From an uncultured Chloroflexia bacterium (GTDB lineage Bacteria > Chloroflexota > Limnocylindria > Limnocylindrales > CSP1-4), in assembly GCA_963819655.1 (NCBI GenBank), contig CAWFXA010000003.1:480001-544000 (forward strand): a stretch of DNA of 64,000 nt, written 5' to 3'. Below, piece after piece: positions 1-9,281 of the stretch. Numbering within the stretch: position 1 is the stretch's first letter; each line of letters starts with the position of its first letter. The translations under genes and the position numbers were made by a program. A model generated the notes under the pieces. The model was not told where the DNA came from, did no database searches, and saw only the letters and a program-made list of their open reading frames with translations.

Positions 1-359
1 AGCCGGAAGCGGCCTCGGACCGGCGCGCCGGAGTCCGCTGAGATGGCTCGCTGTAACGTGTTCGTGGTGGTGCCGTTCTCGTCGAAGCGGTAGCCGGTGT
101 GCGTACCGGCGAGGGACCGCAACCGCCGTGACGGGCTGAATGCCTCGTGGACGGATGGTGTTTCGCGCACCCAGTACTCGGAGAACACACCATCGGTGAC
201 ATGCCACCACACCGAGCGATCCGGCATCGGGCTGCCGCGCCGGTCGGCGCCCGCGCCCGACTCCCGCGGGATCGTGTGGGTCTTCGTTCGCAGCGTCACG
301 CCGTTCGGGTCGAACGTTCGACCGTCGTACGTGCCTGGCAGGAAGCGGATCCTCGGCAT
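1..359 (-). CDS. Hypothetical protein with tandem ~60-aa repeat domain (N-terminal part; runs off window edge)
   Basis: Read manually on minus strand: ATG at 359 preceded by GGAAAGGA; open to position 1; MPRIRFLPGTYDGRTFDPNG...WWHVTDGVFSEYWVRE followed by a second similar unit RLRSLAGTHTGYRFDENG... Confidence 0.65.
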   Translation of the reverse strand, partial: MPRIRFLPGTYDGRTFDPNGVTLRTKTHTIPRESGAGADRRGSPMPDRSVWWHVTDGVFSEYWVRETPSVHEAFSPSRRLRSLAGTHTGYRFDENGTTTNTLQRAISADSGAPVRGRFR

Positions 360-418
360 GGCCCCGGTCCTTTCCCGTGGACGATCGGCCGACGGAGTAT
401 GGCAGCCATGTGTGAACG

Positions 419-1957
419 TCAGGGACGAGCGAGCACCTTCGAGCCGTCAGGCCCGTCGACGACGTCCCAGCCCAGGGCCCCGATCTCGTCCCGAAGCGCG
501 TCGGCACGTTCGTAGTCTCGTGCGGCCCTGGCCCCGTTGCGTTCTGTCAGCAGCGCCACGACGTTTGCGGGAACCTCGGTCCGCGAGGCCGCAACCTCCC
601 ATACACGGTGCAGGTCGAGGCCGAGCACGGTATCGGCGTCCAAGACGAGCCAGCGTCGTTCGTCGGCCGGCAGGTCGGCGCGGAGCATCTCGCGGACGAT
701 CACGAGCGCCGCCGGCAGGTCGAGGTCGGCATCCAGCGCATCCACGAAACGCGCGTGCAGCGCGACGCCGCCGGGCGACAAAGGGGCCGCGGGCGCGTGG
801 GCCCGGTCGGCGATCGCGTAGTCGCCACCGCCGAACCCGGACGCACCCTCCGCCGTACCCAACGGGCGATCGCCTGCGGCACCGGCGACCAGCACCGGCG
901 GCGCGACCCACGCGCCGCTCGCGGGCGGTGGCCCAAGCGCCGCCAATCGACTGCGGAGCGAGGTGTACGCCGCGGCCGCACCCGCGATCGATTCGTCCGA
1001 GTAGTTCAGCTTGTGCGCGTAACGCGACGTCAGGACGAGATATCGGAAGGCGAGTGGCTCGATGCCCTCGTCGGCGAGCTCCGTGACACGCTGGAAGTTG
1101 CCGGCGGACTTGGCCATCTTCCGGCCTGCCATCAGCAGGTGCTCCCCGTGGACCCAGACGCGCGCCGGCGGCCCGCCGACCACCGGGGCCGACTGGGCGA
1201 TCTCGTCCTCATGGTGGGGGAAGATGTTGTCGATGCCGCCCGTGTGGAGGTCGAACTGGTCGCCCAGGTAGCGGCGCGCCATCGCCGAGCACTCGAGGTG
1301 CCAGCCGGGATAGCCGTCGCCCCAGCGCGCCGTCGGCCACTTGAGGGCGCGCCGCGGGCCGGCGGCCTTCCACAGCGCGAAGTCGGCCGGATCGCGCTTG
1401 TCGGACTCGATCTCGCCGCGATATCCGGCGCGGAGGTCGTCCAGCGAGTTCCCCGATAGCCGGCCGTATCCGTCCAGGGAACCGACGCCGTAATACACGT
1501 TGCCGAGCTCGGACGCGTAGGCATGCCCGAGATCCTCGAGTTGCTCGGCCAGCTCGACCATCTCGGGGATATGCTCGGTCGCGCGCGGGAAGACATGCGC
1601 CGGCAGGATGTTCACGAGGGCCTCGTCGGCGTGGAACGCGGCCTCATAGGCGTCGGCGATCTCGGCGGTCGTCTTGTGCTCGAGGCCGGCCTGGACGAGC
1701 ATCCGGTCCTCGCCGCGGTCGAAGTCGTCCTCGCGCAGGTGCCCGACGTCGGTGATGTTCTTGACGTGGAACACGTCGATGCCGTGGTACAGCAGGGCGC
1801 GCCGGATGAGGTCTGCGAGGAGGTTGGATCGCAGGTTGCCGACGTGGGCGAATCGGTACACGGTCGGCCCGCAGGTGTACATGCGGATCCGGCCCGCCTC
1901 GAGCGGCTCCACGGCCTCGATGGATCGCGTGAGCGTGTTCCGGATCCGCAATGTCAT
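419..1957 (-). CDS. cysS: Cysteine--tRNA ligase
   Basis: MYTCGPTVY, HVGN (HIGH-like), DFALWK, GYPGWHLECS, HTGGIDNIFPHH, KMAKS, C-terminal ADALRD. Confidence 0.97.
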   Translation of the reverse strand: MTLRIRNTLTRSIEAVEPLEAGRIRMYTCGPTVYRFAHVGNLRSNLLADLIRRALLYHGIDVFHVKNITDVGHLREDDFDRGEDRMLVQAGLEHKTTAEIADAYEAAFHADEALVNILPAHVFPRATEHIPEMVELAEQLEDLGHAYASELGNVYYGVGSLDGYGRLSGNSLDDLRAGYRGEIESDKRDPADFALWKAAGPRRALKWPTARWGDGYPGWHLECSAMARRYLGDQFDLHTGGIDNIFPHHEDEIAQSAPVVGGPPARVWVHGEHLLMAGRKMAKSAGNFQRVTELADEGIEPLAFRYLVLTSRYAHKLNYSDESIAGAAAAYTSLRSRLAALGPPPASGAWVAPPVLVAGAAGDRPLGTAEGASGFGGGDYAIADRAHAPAAPLSPGGVALHARFVDALDADLDLPAALVIVREMLRADLPADERRWLVLDADTVLGLDLHRVWEVAASRTEVPANVVALLTERNGARAARDYERADALRDEIGALGWDVVDGPDGSKVLARP

Positions 1958-2138
1958 GGCGCCATCGTAGAGGCCCTAACGGCAACCTCAGATCCTCGTT
2001 ATGCCATCAGAGGCCTCGCGGTTCCCACATCGTTCCCCCGGCGGTGTAGTCCTGCGAGGCCTCGTCTCATGTCCTCGATGCTGGGTGCGTGGAGGCCGTC
2101 GGGCGGCCAGAACGGGCACCGCCCGTATACTCCGGCCG

Positions 2139-3695
2139 ATGCGCCGCCGGATGGTCATTCTCCTCGTTGCCCTGGTCGCCGGCGCCTGTGGCGGGTCGGC
2201 GTCGGGAGCTGCCAGCGGCACGGCACGGATCGCCGTCAGCCCGCCGTCCCAGCTCGATCCGGCGGCCAGCGGTGACGCCCAGAGCTCCGCGGTCATCGCC
2301 CAGTTCTTCGAGACACTGACCGCGCTCGACGATTCGCTCGTCCTCCAGCCGGCGCTCGCGGAATCGTGGCGTGTTGAAGAGAGCGGTCGGCGGGTGATCT
2401 TTCGCTTGCGCCCCGACCTGCGGTTCAGCGACGGCACCCCGCTCCGGGCCAGCGATGTCGTGCGCAGCTGGCTCCGCGTGATCGATCCGGACGCGCCGTC
2501 CCCGCTCCATACGTTGCTACTCGACGTCCGCGGGGCGTCGGCGTATGTCGCGGGGCAGGGGACTGCCGACGATGTCGGTCTGCGTGCCGATGACGGGGCC
2601 GGCGACGTGATCATCGATCTCGTCCAGCCCAGCTCGGAGTTCCCGGCGATCGTTGCGGGCCCGACCTTCGCGGTCGTCCCGCCCGGCATCGACGACCCCG
2701 TCGGACTCCGGCCGGGCGACGGGTTCGTCGCGAGCGGCGGATATCGGCTCACGTCGGCGTCCGACACCGAGATGGTGTTGCAGGCCAATCCGAACTACTG
2801 GGCCGGGCCGCCGGCGCTGGGCACGATCACGGTACTGACGGACCTCGGCGGCGCCAGCCCGGTCGAGAGCTTCGAACGGGGCGATCTCGACTACGCCCAG
2901 ATCTCCGGCTTCGACGCGTCCTGGATCGCATACGACAAGACCCTCGGACCGCAGTTACGGACGGTGCCGGCGATGTCGACCGACTTCTACGGCTTCGATA
3001 CGACGGTCGCGCCGTTCGACGACGTGCGTGTCCGTCAGGCGTTCGGGGCCGCCGTCGACTGGCGCCGGATCGCCCGGCTCGCGGTCGACGACCCGACCGC
3101 GGTCGCGACGTCGATCGTCCCGCCCGGCATCCCCGATCGCGCGACCCGCGACATGCTGCCCCGCTACGAACCCGAGGCGGGGCGGGCGCTCCTGGCCGAG
3201 GCCGGCTTCCCGGGAGGTGCCGGTTTCCCGGACGTCACGCTGGTCACCGGCGGCAGCGCCTACGACGAGGCCGTCGTCGCCGAGCTCGAGCGCGAGCTGG
3301 GCGTCACGGTCAAGGCCGAGAACATGGACTTCGGGGCGTACTTCGACCGACTCGATACCGACGCCCCCGCGATGTGGTCGCTGTCGTGGATCGCCGATTA
3401 CCCCGGCCGCAACGACTTCCTGGGCGTGCTGCTGGGCACGGGATCCGCCAACAACTACGGCCGCTGGAGCTCGCCCGAGTTCGACGCCGCGATCGCCGAG
3501 GCGGCCGCGGCCACCGACCCTGCCGCGGTGGCGGCTGCGTACGACCGCGCCGAGGAGGTCGTGCAGCGGGACGTGCCGGTGGTCCCGATGAGCTATGGCA
3601 CGGGCTGGGCCCTGTCGCGCGATGGTTTTCTCGGCGCCGGGCAGAACGGTCTCGGCTCACTGCGCTTCGCGGGGCTGGCGTGGTCCGGCCAGTGA
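2139..3695 (+). CDS. ABC transporter substrate-binding lipoprotein, family 5 (peptide/nickel)
   Basis: Lipobox VAGAC; LDP..., PALAESW, FRLRPDLRFSDGTPLRASDV, PFDDVRVRQA motifs; start chosen at ATG 7 nt after TATACT. Confidence 0.9.
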   Translation: MRRRMVILLVALVAGACGGSASGAASGTARIAVSPPSQLDPAASGDAQSSAVIAQFFETLTALDDSLVLQPALAESWRVEESGRRVIFRLRPDLRFSDGTPLRASDVVRSWLRVIDPDAPSPLHTLLLDVRGASAYVAGQGTADDVGLRADDGAGDVIIDLVQPSSEFPAIVAGPTFAVVPPGIDDPVGLRPGDGFVASGGYRLTSASDTEMVLQANPNYWAGPPALGTITVLTDLGGASPVESFERGDLDYAQISGFDASWIAYDKTLGPQLRTVPAMSTDFYGFDTTVAPFDDVRVRQAFGAAVDWRRIARLAVDDPTAVATSIVPPGIPDRATRDMLPRYEPEAGRALLAEAGFPGGAGFPDVTLVTGGSAYDEAVVAELERELGVTVKAENMDFGAYFDRLDTDAPAMWSLSWIADYPGRNDFLGVLLGTGSANNYGRWSSPEFDAAIAEAAAATDPAAVAAAYDRAEEVVQRDVPVVPMSYGTGWALSRDGFLGAGQNGLGSLRFAGLAWSGQ

Positions 3696-5056
3696 GGACC
3701 GGTCGGATCGCGCTGCGCGCAGTGGCCGCGGTCGTCGTGGGGCTCACGGCTGCGTGGTCGGTCGCGTCGCCCGTCCGGGCGGCGGCGCCCGAATTCGGCC
3801 GGCCGACGATCGAGGGTTCGTTCGGCGAAGCCATCGTCGCGAGCCAGCCGGTCACCCTTGACAGCCGGCCCGACCTCGTCGAGGTGCTGATCACGACGGC
3901 CGACCATCCGGCACCGCTCGTCAGCGAGGTGCCCCCGCCCGCCGAGACCGGCGCCACGACGTTGCAGTACACGCTCAGCAGCGCGGACGGCCACGTCCTG
4001 CCGAACACCCCGCTCCGCGTCCGCTGGCGCGTCACGTCTGACGGCGTGACGACGCTAGGGCCCGAGGCGCGCACCGTGGTCGCCGACGAGCGCTTCGATT
4101 GGCAGACGCTCCAGGGCGACGTCGTGCGCGTCCACTGGTACGAGGGTGGACAGGCGTTCGGTGAGCGGGCGCTGCGGATCGGCGACGAGGCCGTGACGAA
4201 GACAGCCAAGACATTCGGTGTGACCGAGGACGACCCGGTCGACTTCTTCATCTATGCCGATCGAGACGCCTTCTACGAGGCGCTCGGACCGGGCACGCGC
4301 GAGAACGTCGGGGGCCAGGCGAGCGCAGACATTCGGACGATGTTCGCGCTCATCGCGCCGGGCTCGATCGACGATCCGTGGGTCGAGAACGTCGTCCCAC
4401 ACGAGCTGATCCACCTCGTGTTCGACACAGCGGTCAAGAACCCGTATCACTTCCCGCCGCGTTGGCTGAACGAGGGCCTGGCGGTCTACCTGAGCGTCGG
4501 GTACGAGCCGGGCGACCGCGCCGCGGTGGACGTCGCGGGGCGCAACGGCGATCTGATCCCGCTCGACGGCCTGGTCGGGCAGTTCCCGACCTCGGCCTCG
4601 AGTTTCAGCCTCGCGTACGCGGAGAGCGCGAGCGCCATCGATTTCCTGATCCGGACGCATGGCGAGGACACGATGGTGTCCCTCGTCCGCTCCTACGCCG
4701 ACGGGCGCACCGATGACGAGGCATTCGAGGCGGCGATCGGCATGGACGTGGCCGCCTTCAATGAAGCCTGGCTCGCGGACCTCGGTGCGAAGCCGGCCGT
4801 GAAATACGGACCGCAGCCTGCTCCGGCAGGGCCGGTCCCGGACGGCTGGGGCGCCGCCTCGCCCGCACCGGGGAGCAGTGCACCGACGCGGCCTGGCGCA
4901 TCTGCTGTGCCGAACGTGGTGACCCCGACCGCTCCGCGCACGACGGTGTCGCCACCGCCGGTCGGGCTAGTGCTCGTCGCCCTTCTCGTCCTCGGGGGCA
5001 TCGTGCTTCTCGTGTGGATCCGCACGCGACGCCCGGTCGCCGGGCCTCCGTCGTGA
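3692..5056 (+). CDS. Membrane-anchored gluzincin metallopeptidase (peptidase MA-like)
   Basis: Signal peptide, HELIH + WLNEGLA zinc motifs, C-terminal TM helix; GTGA overlap with upstream stop. Confidence 0.85.
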   Translation: MRTGRIALRAVAAVVVGLTAAWSVASPVRAAAPEFGRPTIEGSFGEAIVASQPVTLDSRPDLVEVLITTADHPAPLVSEVPPPAETGATTLQYTLSSADGHVLPNTPLRVRWRVTSDGVTTLGPEARTVVADERFDWQTLQGDVVRVHWYEGGQAFGERALRIGDEAVTKTAKTFGVTEDDPVDFFIYADRDAFYEALGPGTRENVGGQASADIRTMFALIAPGSIDDPWVENVVPHELIHLVFDTAVKNPYHFPPRWLNEGLAVYLSVGYEPGDRAAVDVAGRNGDLIPLDGLVGQFPTSASSFSLAYAESASAIDFLIRTHGEDTMVSLVRSYADGRTDDEAFEAAIGMDVAAFNEAWLADLGAKPAVKYGPQPAPAGPVPDGWGAASPAPGSSAPTRPGASAVPNVVTPTAPRTTVSPPPVGLVLVALLVLGGIVLLVWIRTRRPVAGPPS

Positions 5057-5793
5057 TCGCGCGCATCCGCTCGATCCCGAGCTGGCAGATCACGCTCGGG
5101 GCGGCGCTACTCGGCCTCGGCTTCCTCATCGCGGCCCAGCTCGCCGCCGAGGGTCCGCGCGTCCGCTACACGACCCAGGAACGGTCGCCTCTCGTCGAGA
5201 CCGCCACCCAGCTGCAGCAGCGCCAGGACGAGCTGAAGGCACGCATCCTCGAGCTGCGCGGTCGCATCCAGGCGACGGAACAGGCCGACGCGGGTTCGGC
5301 GGAGCTTGTCCGCGAGCTCAACGACGATCTGCAGGACGCGCGCATCGCCGCCGGCCTGATCCCGCTCACGGGCACCGGCATCGTGCTGCAGGTCGAGGAT
5401 TCGGCGGAGCCCCCGGCGCCGGGATCGAACGAGGCCGACTACCTGGTCGGCGCCCGCGATCTGCGCGCATTGGTCGAGGAGCTGTGGGCGGCGGGCGCCG
5501 AGGCGATCGCGGTCAACGGCGAGCGGATCACGCCGACCACGGCGATCATCGATGTCGGCCCGTCGATCCTGGTCAACGCCGCGTATCTGGCCGGCCCGTA
5601 CCAGATCACCGCCCTCGGCCCGGAGGATCTGTATCCGCGCCTGGGCGCGTCCCCCGGGTTCGTCGACCTCCTCCGGACCAGGGCGCAGGGGTTTGGCATC
5701 CGTGTCTCGATCGCCGAGCCGGACGCGGTCGACATGCCGGCGTTCGCCGGCACGGTCACGCTCCGGTACGCCCGGCCCGAGACGGGGAGCTGA
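5053..5793 (+). CDS. DUF881 family protein
   Basis: N-terminal TM, coiled coil, GLIPLTGTGI, ELWAAGAEAIAVNGERI, PYQITALG; GTGA overlap. Confidence 0.88.
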   Translation: MIARIRSIPSWQITLGAALLGLGFLIAAQLAAEGPRVRYTTQERSPLVETATQLQQRQDELKARILELRGRIQATEQADAGSAELVRELNDDLQDARIAAGLIPLTGTGIVLQVEDSAEPPAPGSNEADYLVGARDLRALVEELWAAGAEAIAVNGERITPTTAIIDVGPSILVNAAYLAGPYQITALGPEDLYPRLGASPGFVDLLRTRAQGFGIRVSIAEPDAVDMPAFAGTVTLRYARPETGS

Positions 5794-5797
5794 GGCG

Positions 5798-6472
5798 ATG
5801 CGTCGCCGTCGTGCCCAGGTGACGATCGCCGCCGTCACGTTCCTGCTCGGGCTGCTGGTCGTCGTCCAGCTGCGCACCCAAGCGAGCAGTGAGGCGTTCG
5901 CCGGGCTGTCGTCGCAGGACCTGACGTTCCTCGTGGCGAATCTCGACGATCGCAACGACCAGCTGCGGACCGAGGTCGCCACGCTGGAGCGCGAGTTCGT
6001 CGTCCTTGAGCAGAACACCGAACGCGGCGACATGTCGCTCGACGAGCTGCGTGCCGACCTGCGGCGGGTGCGCCTCTACGCCGGGATCGATCCGGCCAGC
6101 GGCCCGGGCGTCTCGATCGTCGTGCGCGGTCCCATCGACGGTCCGGGCATCGAGGACCTCGTCAACGAGCTCCGCAACGCAGGCGCGGAAGCGATGGCGA
6201 TCGACAGCGTCCGGCTGGTGCCCGGGGTGGTCGCGATCGGGACGCCGGGCGCCATCACGGTCGGCGCTGTCGCGCTCGAGGATCCGTTCACGCTGAACGC
6301 GATCGGCGCCCCGGACAAGCTCACCGGGTCCTTGACGCGGCCGGGCGGGATCATCGCCCAGCTGTCCGCCACGCAACCAGACGTGACGGTCGACGTGACA
6401 CCCATGGAACGCATCGGTGTACCGGCGACGGACCGTGACCTCGTCCCGAGTCATGGCCGTCCACGCCTCTGA
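5798..6472 (+). CDS. DUF881 family protein (second paralog)
   Basis: N-terminal TM, coiled coil, GPGV, NELRNAGAEAMAID, PFTLNAIG. Confidence 0.85.
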   Translation: MRRRRAQVTIAAVTFLLGLLVVVQLRTQASSEAFAGLSSQDLTFLVANLDDRNDQLRTEVATLEREFVVLEQNTERGDMSLDELRADLRRVRLYAGIDPASGPGVSIVVRGPIDGPGIEDLVNELRNAGAEAMAIDSVRLVPGVVAIGTPGAITVGAVALEDPFTLNAIGAPDKLTGSLTRPGGIIAQLSATQPDVTVDVTPMERIGVPATDRDLVPSHGRPRL

Positions 6473-6485
6473 TACCCTGCCCGCC

Positions 6486-6758
6486 GTGCCGGACCGACCC
6501 ATCGTGGACCTGCTGCTCGGGGACGTCGTCCGCCTTCGTCGGGCGCACCCATGCGGCGGCGACACCTGGCTCGTCGACCGGCTCGGCGCGGACATCGGGA
6601 TCCGCTGCCGGACGTGCGACCGCCACGTTCTGATCGCGCGCGCCACGCTCGAACGACGGCTCGCAGGGTTCGTCGAGCGCGGCGATCCGGCGATCACGGC
6701 CGCCGTCGTGGGCGACGCACCCCCGCGACGACCGACGTCGCCCGACCCACCTTCGTGA
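6486..6758 (+). CDS. DUF951 family protein (YyzM-like)
   Basis: GDVVRLRRAHPCGGDTW...LGADIGIRCRTC; start uncertain (GTG 6486 or ATG 6453). Confidence 0.85.
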   Translation: MPDRPIVDLLLGDVVRLRRAHPCGGDTWLVDRLGADIGIRCRTCDRHVLIARATLERRLAGFVERGDPAITAAVVGDAPPRRPTSPDPPS

Positions 6759-8281
6759 CCGACGCGAGGGTGCCGGTCGACATCGAAGCGATCGACGAGA
6801 CCGCAGAGGGCGTCACCACCGAAGGCTCGCTCGCGGTCTTCCGCAATCCCTCGTTCCTCCGATTGTGGCTGTCGCAGGCGGCGACCCAGATCGGCGGGAA
6901 CATGGTGCTGTTCGGGTTGACGGTCGTCGTCTCCGAGAACAACCCGAATACCGCGGTCAGCCTGCTCATCCTGTCGTTCCTGGTACCGGCCGTCCTCGTG
7001 TCGGCGGTCGCAGGGGTCTACGTGGACCGTGTCGATCGTCGACTCATGCTCATCGCGACCAACGTGTTGCGTGGCCTGGCGATGATCGGCATCTTCTTGG
7101 TCGGCGACTTCCTTTTGCTGCTGCTCTTGCTGAACCTGTTCGTGTCGACGGTCACCGTGTTCTTCGCACCCGCCGAAGCGGCGATGATCCCCGAAGTCGT
7201 ACCGCGCCGGCAGCTGCTGGCCGCGAACGGCGTCTTCACGCTGACCCTGAACGCGGCATTCGCCCTCGGCTTCGCGCTGCTCGGGCCGCTCGTCATCAAC
7301 ATCGCAGGCCCGCAGGCGGTGATCCTGGTGGTGGCTGGCCTCTACTTCCTCGCCGCGGTCTTCTGCTGGACGCTCCCGTCGTCGCCACCACCGGCGCGCG
7401 CCACGAACGGCGGCGGCGCGGTCGGCCAGACCCAGAAGGCCATGGAATCGACCCTGGCGCAGCTGCGCGAAGGGTTCGATTTCATCAGCGCGAATCGGAA
7501 GATCGGCTGGTCGCTGCTGTACCTCGGGATCACGGCGTCGCTGGTCGGTGTGCTCGGCGTCCTGGGGCCCGATTTCGCACAGTCTGCGCTGGGGCTGCGA
7601 CCGAAGGACACGGCGATCATCGTGCTGCCCCTGGGCGCCGGGATCGTGATGGGCATCCTGCTGCTTAACTCGTACGGGAAGTTCCTGCCGCGCCGACGGG
7701 TTATCGAAGGCGGCCTGATCGTGCTCGGCGTCATGCTCGCCCTGCTGTCGGTTGCCGGACCGATCAGCCAATTCCTGCAGAACGTCGACCGCGGCGGAAG
7801 CCTGCTCGACCTGTCGGCCGTCACGTCACTGCTCGCGATCGTCGTGTTCATCGCGTTCATAGCGGGCATCGCCTACTCGGCAGTGGCGATCCCCGCTCAG
7901 ACCCAACTCCAGGAGGACCTCCCGGAGGACGTCCGGGGCCGCGTCTACGGCGTCCTGTTCATGCTGGTGTCGGTTTCGAGTTTCGTGCCGATCATCGTCG
8001 TCGGGCCGATCTCGGATTTCATCGGCACCGCGACCGTCATGCTGATCGTGGCGATCGGCGTGCTGGCGTCCGGTGTCGCCAGCGTCTTCCTGCGCGATCC
8101 GAACCTGGGCGTCGCGGGGGCCACCGCCGACCCGCACGTCGAGGACCCGATCGCGGCGGCCCTCGGCGCCGACCGGCCGACGTGGCGAGCTGAACGTGGC
8201 TCGCCGAGCAGCCCCCTGCCACCGCGCGCCACGGATCCGGTGGGGAACCCCGGTCCGTCCGACCCCGCCGATCGGGACTGA
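6755..8281 (+). CDS. MFS transporter
   Basis: About 12 hydrophobic segments, FLRLWLSQ, AGVYVDRVDRR (motif A), RGRVYG; GTGA overlap. Confidence 0.9.
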   Translation: MTDARVPVDIEAIDETAEGVTTEGSLAVFRNPSFLRLWLSQAATQIGGNMVLFGLTVVVSENNPNTAVSLLILSFLVPAVLVSAVAGVYVDRVDRRLMLIATNVLRGLAMIGIFLVGDFLLLLLLLNLFVSTVTVFFAPAEAAMIPEVVPRRQLLAANGVFTLTLNAAFALGFALLGPLVINIAGPQAVILVVAGLYFLAAVFCWTLPSSPPPARATNGGGAVGQTQKAMESTLAQLREGFDFISANRKIGWSLLYLGITASLVGVLGVLGPDFAQSALGLRPKDTAIIVLPLGAGIVMGILLLNSYGKFLPRRRVIEGGLIVLGVMLALLSVAGPISQFLQNVDRGGSLLDLSAVTSLLAIVVFIAFIAGIAYSAVAIPAQTQLQEDLPEDVRGRVYGVLFMLVSVSSFVPIIVVGPISDFIGTATVMLIVAIGVLASGVASVFLRDPNLGVAGATADPHVEDPIAAALGADRPTWRAERGSPSSPLPPRATDPVGNPGPSDPADRD

Positions 8282-8284
8282 GGG

Positions 8285-9274
8285 GTGCGCACGGTCGCGG
8301 TCGTGTTCACCGGCGGCACGATCAGCATGGGCTTCGACCCGGTGGCCGGCGGGAACGTCCCGACGCTCGATGGGGCGGCGATCCTGGCGCGGACATCCGG
8401 GCTGGACAGAATCGCCGACGTCGTGCCCATCGACCGGGGCCTGACGCCTGCCAGCCACTTCACGTGGGCGGACGTGCTGGGTCTCGGTGCGGTGATCCAG
8501 GACGCGCTCGACGACCCGTTGATCGATGGGGTGGTGGTCGTGCAGGGCACCGACACGATCGAGGAGACGGCCTTCGCCTGGGACCTCGTGCTGCGATCGT
8601 CGAAGCCCGTGGTGGTGACCGGCGCCATGCGCGCCTCGCACGAGGACGGGTACGACGGGCCGGCGAACCTGCGCATGGCCGTGGCAGCGGCGGCGGCACC
8701 GGCGCTGCGAGACGTCGGGGTCATCGTCGGTCTCGCCGGGACCCTCGAGACGGCCGATGACGTCACGAAGATGCACACCCGGGCCTTCGACACGTTCCGG
8801 TCGCCCAACGTCGGCTCGCTTGGTCGGGTAGGGGAGGACGGCGTCGTCGTGCTCGAGCGAGCGCGTGGGGCACGACGGTCCCTCACGCCTGTGCCGGCCG
8901 ACGGCGCGCGGGTCGAACTTGTCCAAGCGGGCATCGGGTCGGATGGGGCGATGCTCGACGCGGCTGTCGCGACGGGTGCTCGCGGCGTCGTGATGGCGGC
9001 CACCGGCGCCGGGAACACCTCTGCGGGCCTCCTCGCCGCGGCCGCGAGGGCGATCGGGGACGGCGTCTCGGTCGTCCTGGCCTCGCGCTGCCCGGCCGGC
9101 GCGGTGTCGACCGCCTACGCGTTCCCGGGCGGTGGTGCGACGTGGGTCCGCGCGGGCGCGATCCCGGCCGGCGCGCTCTGCGCGATCAAGGCCCGGGTCG
9201 CGCTGGCCCTGGGCCTCGGAGCCGGGCTCGCGCGGGATGACCTCGCAACGCTCCTCGCAGACCCGATAGGCTGA
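8285..9274 (+). CDS. Asparaginase family protein
   Basis: FTGGTI, QGTDTIEETA, PVVVTGAMR, DGPANL, KMHT motifs. Confidence 0.9.
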   Translation: MRTVAVVFTGGTISMGFDPVAGGNVPTLDGAAILARTSGLDRIADVVPIDRGLTPASHFTWADVLGLGAVIQDALDDPLIDGVVVVQGTDTIEETAFAWDLVLRSSKPVVVTGAMRASHEDGYDGPANLRMAVAAAAAPALRDVGVIVGLAGTLETADDVTKMHTRAFDTFRSPNVGSLGRVGEDGVVVLERARGARRSLTPVPADGARVELVQAGIGSDGAMLDAAVATGARGVVMAATGAGNTSAGLLAAAARAIGDGVSVVLASRCPAGAVSTAYAFPGGGATWVRAGAIPAGALCAIKARVALALGLGAGLARDDLATLLADPIG

Positions 9275-9281
9275 CCGCTCC

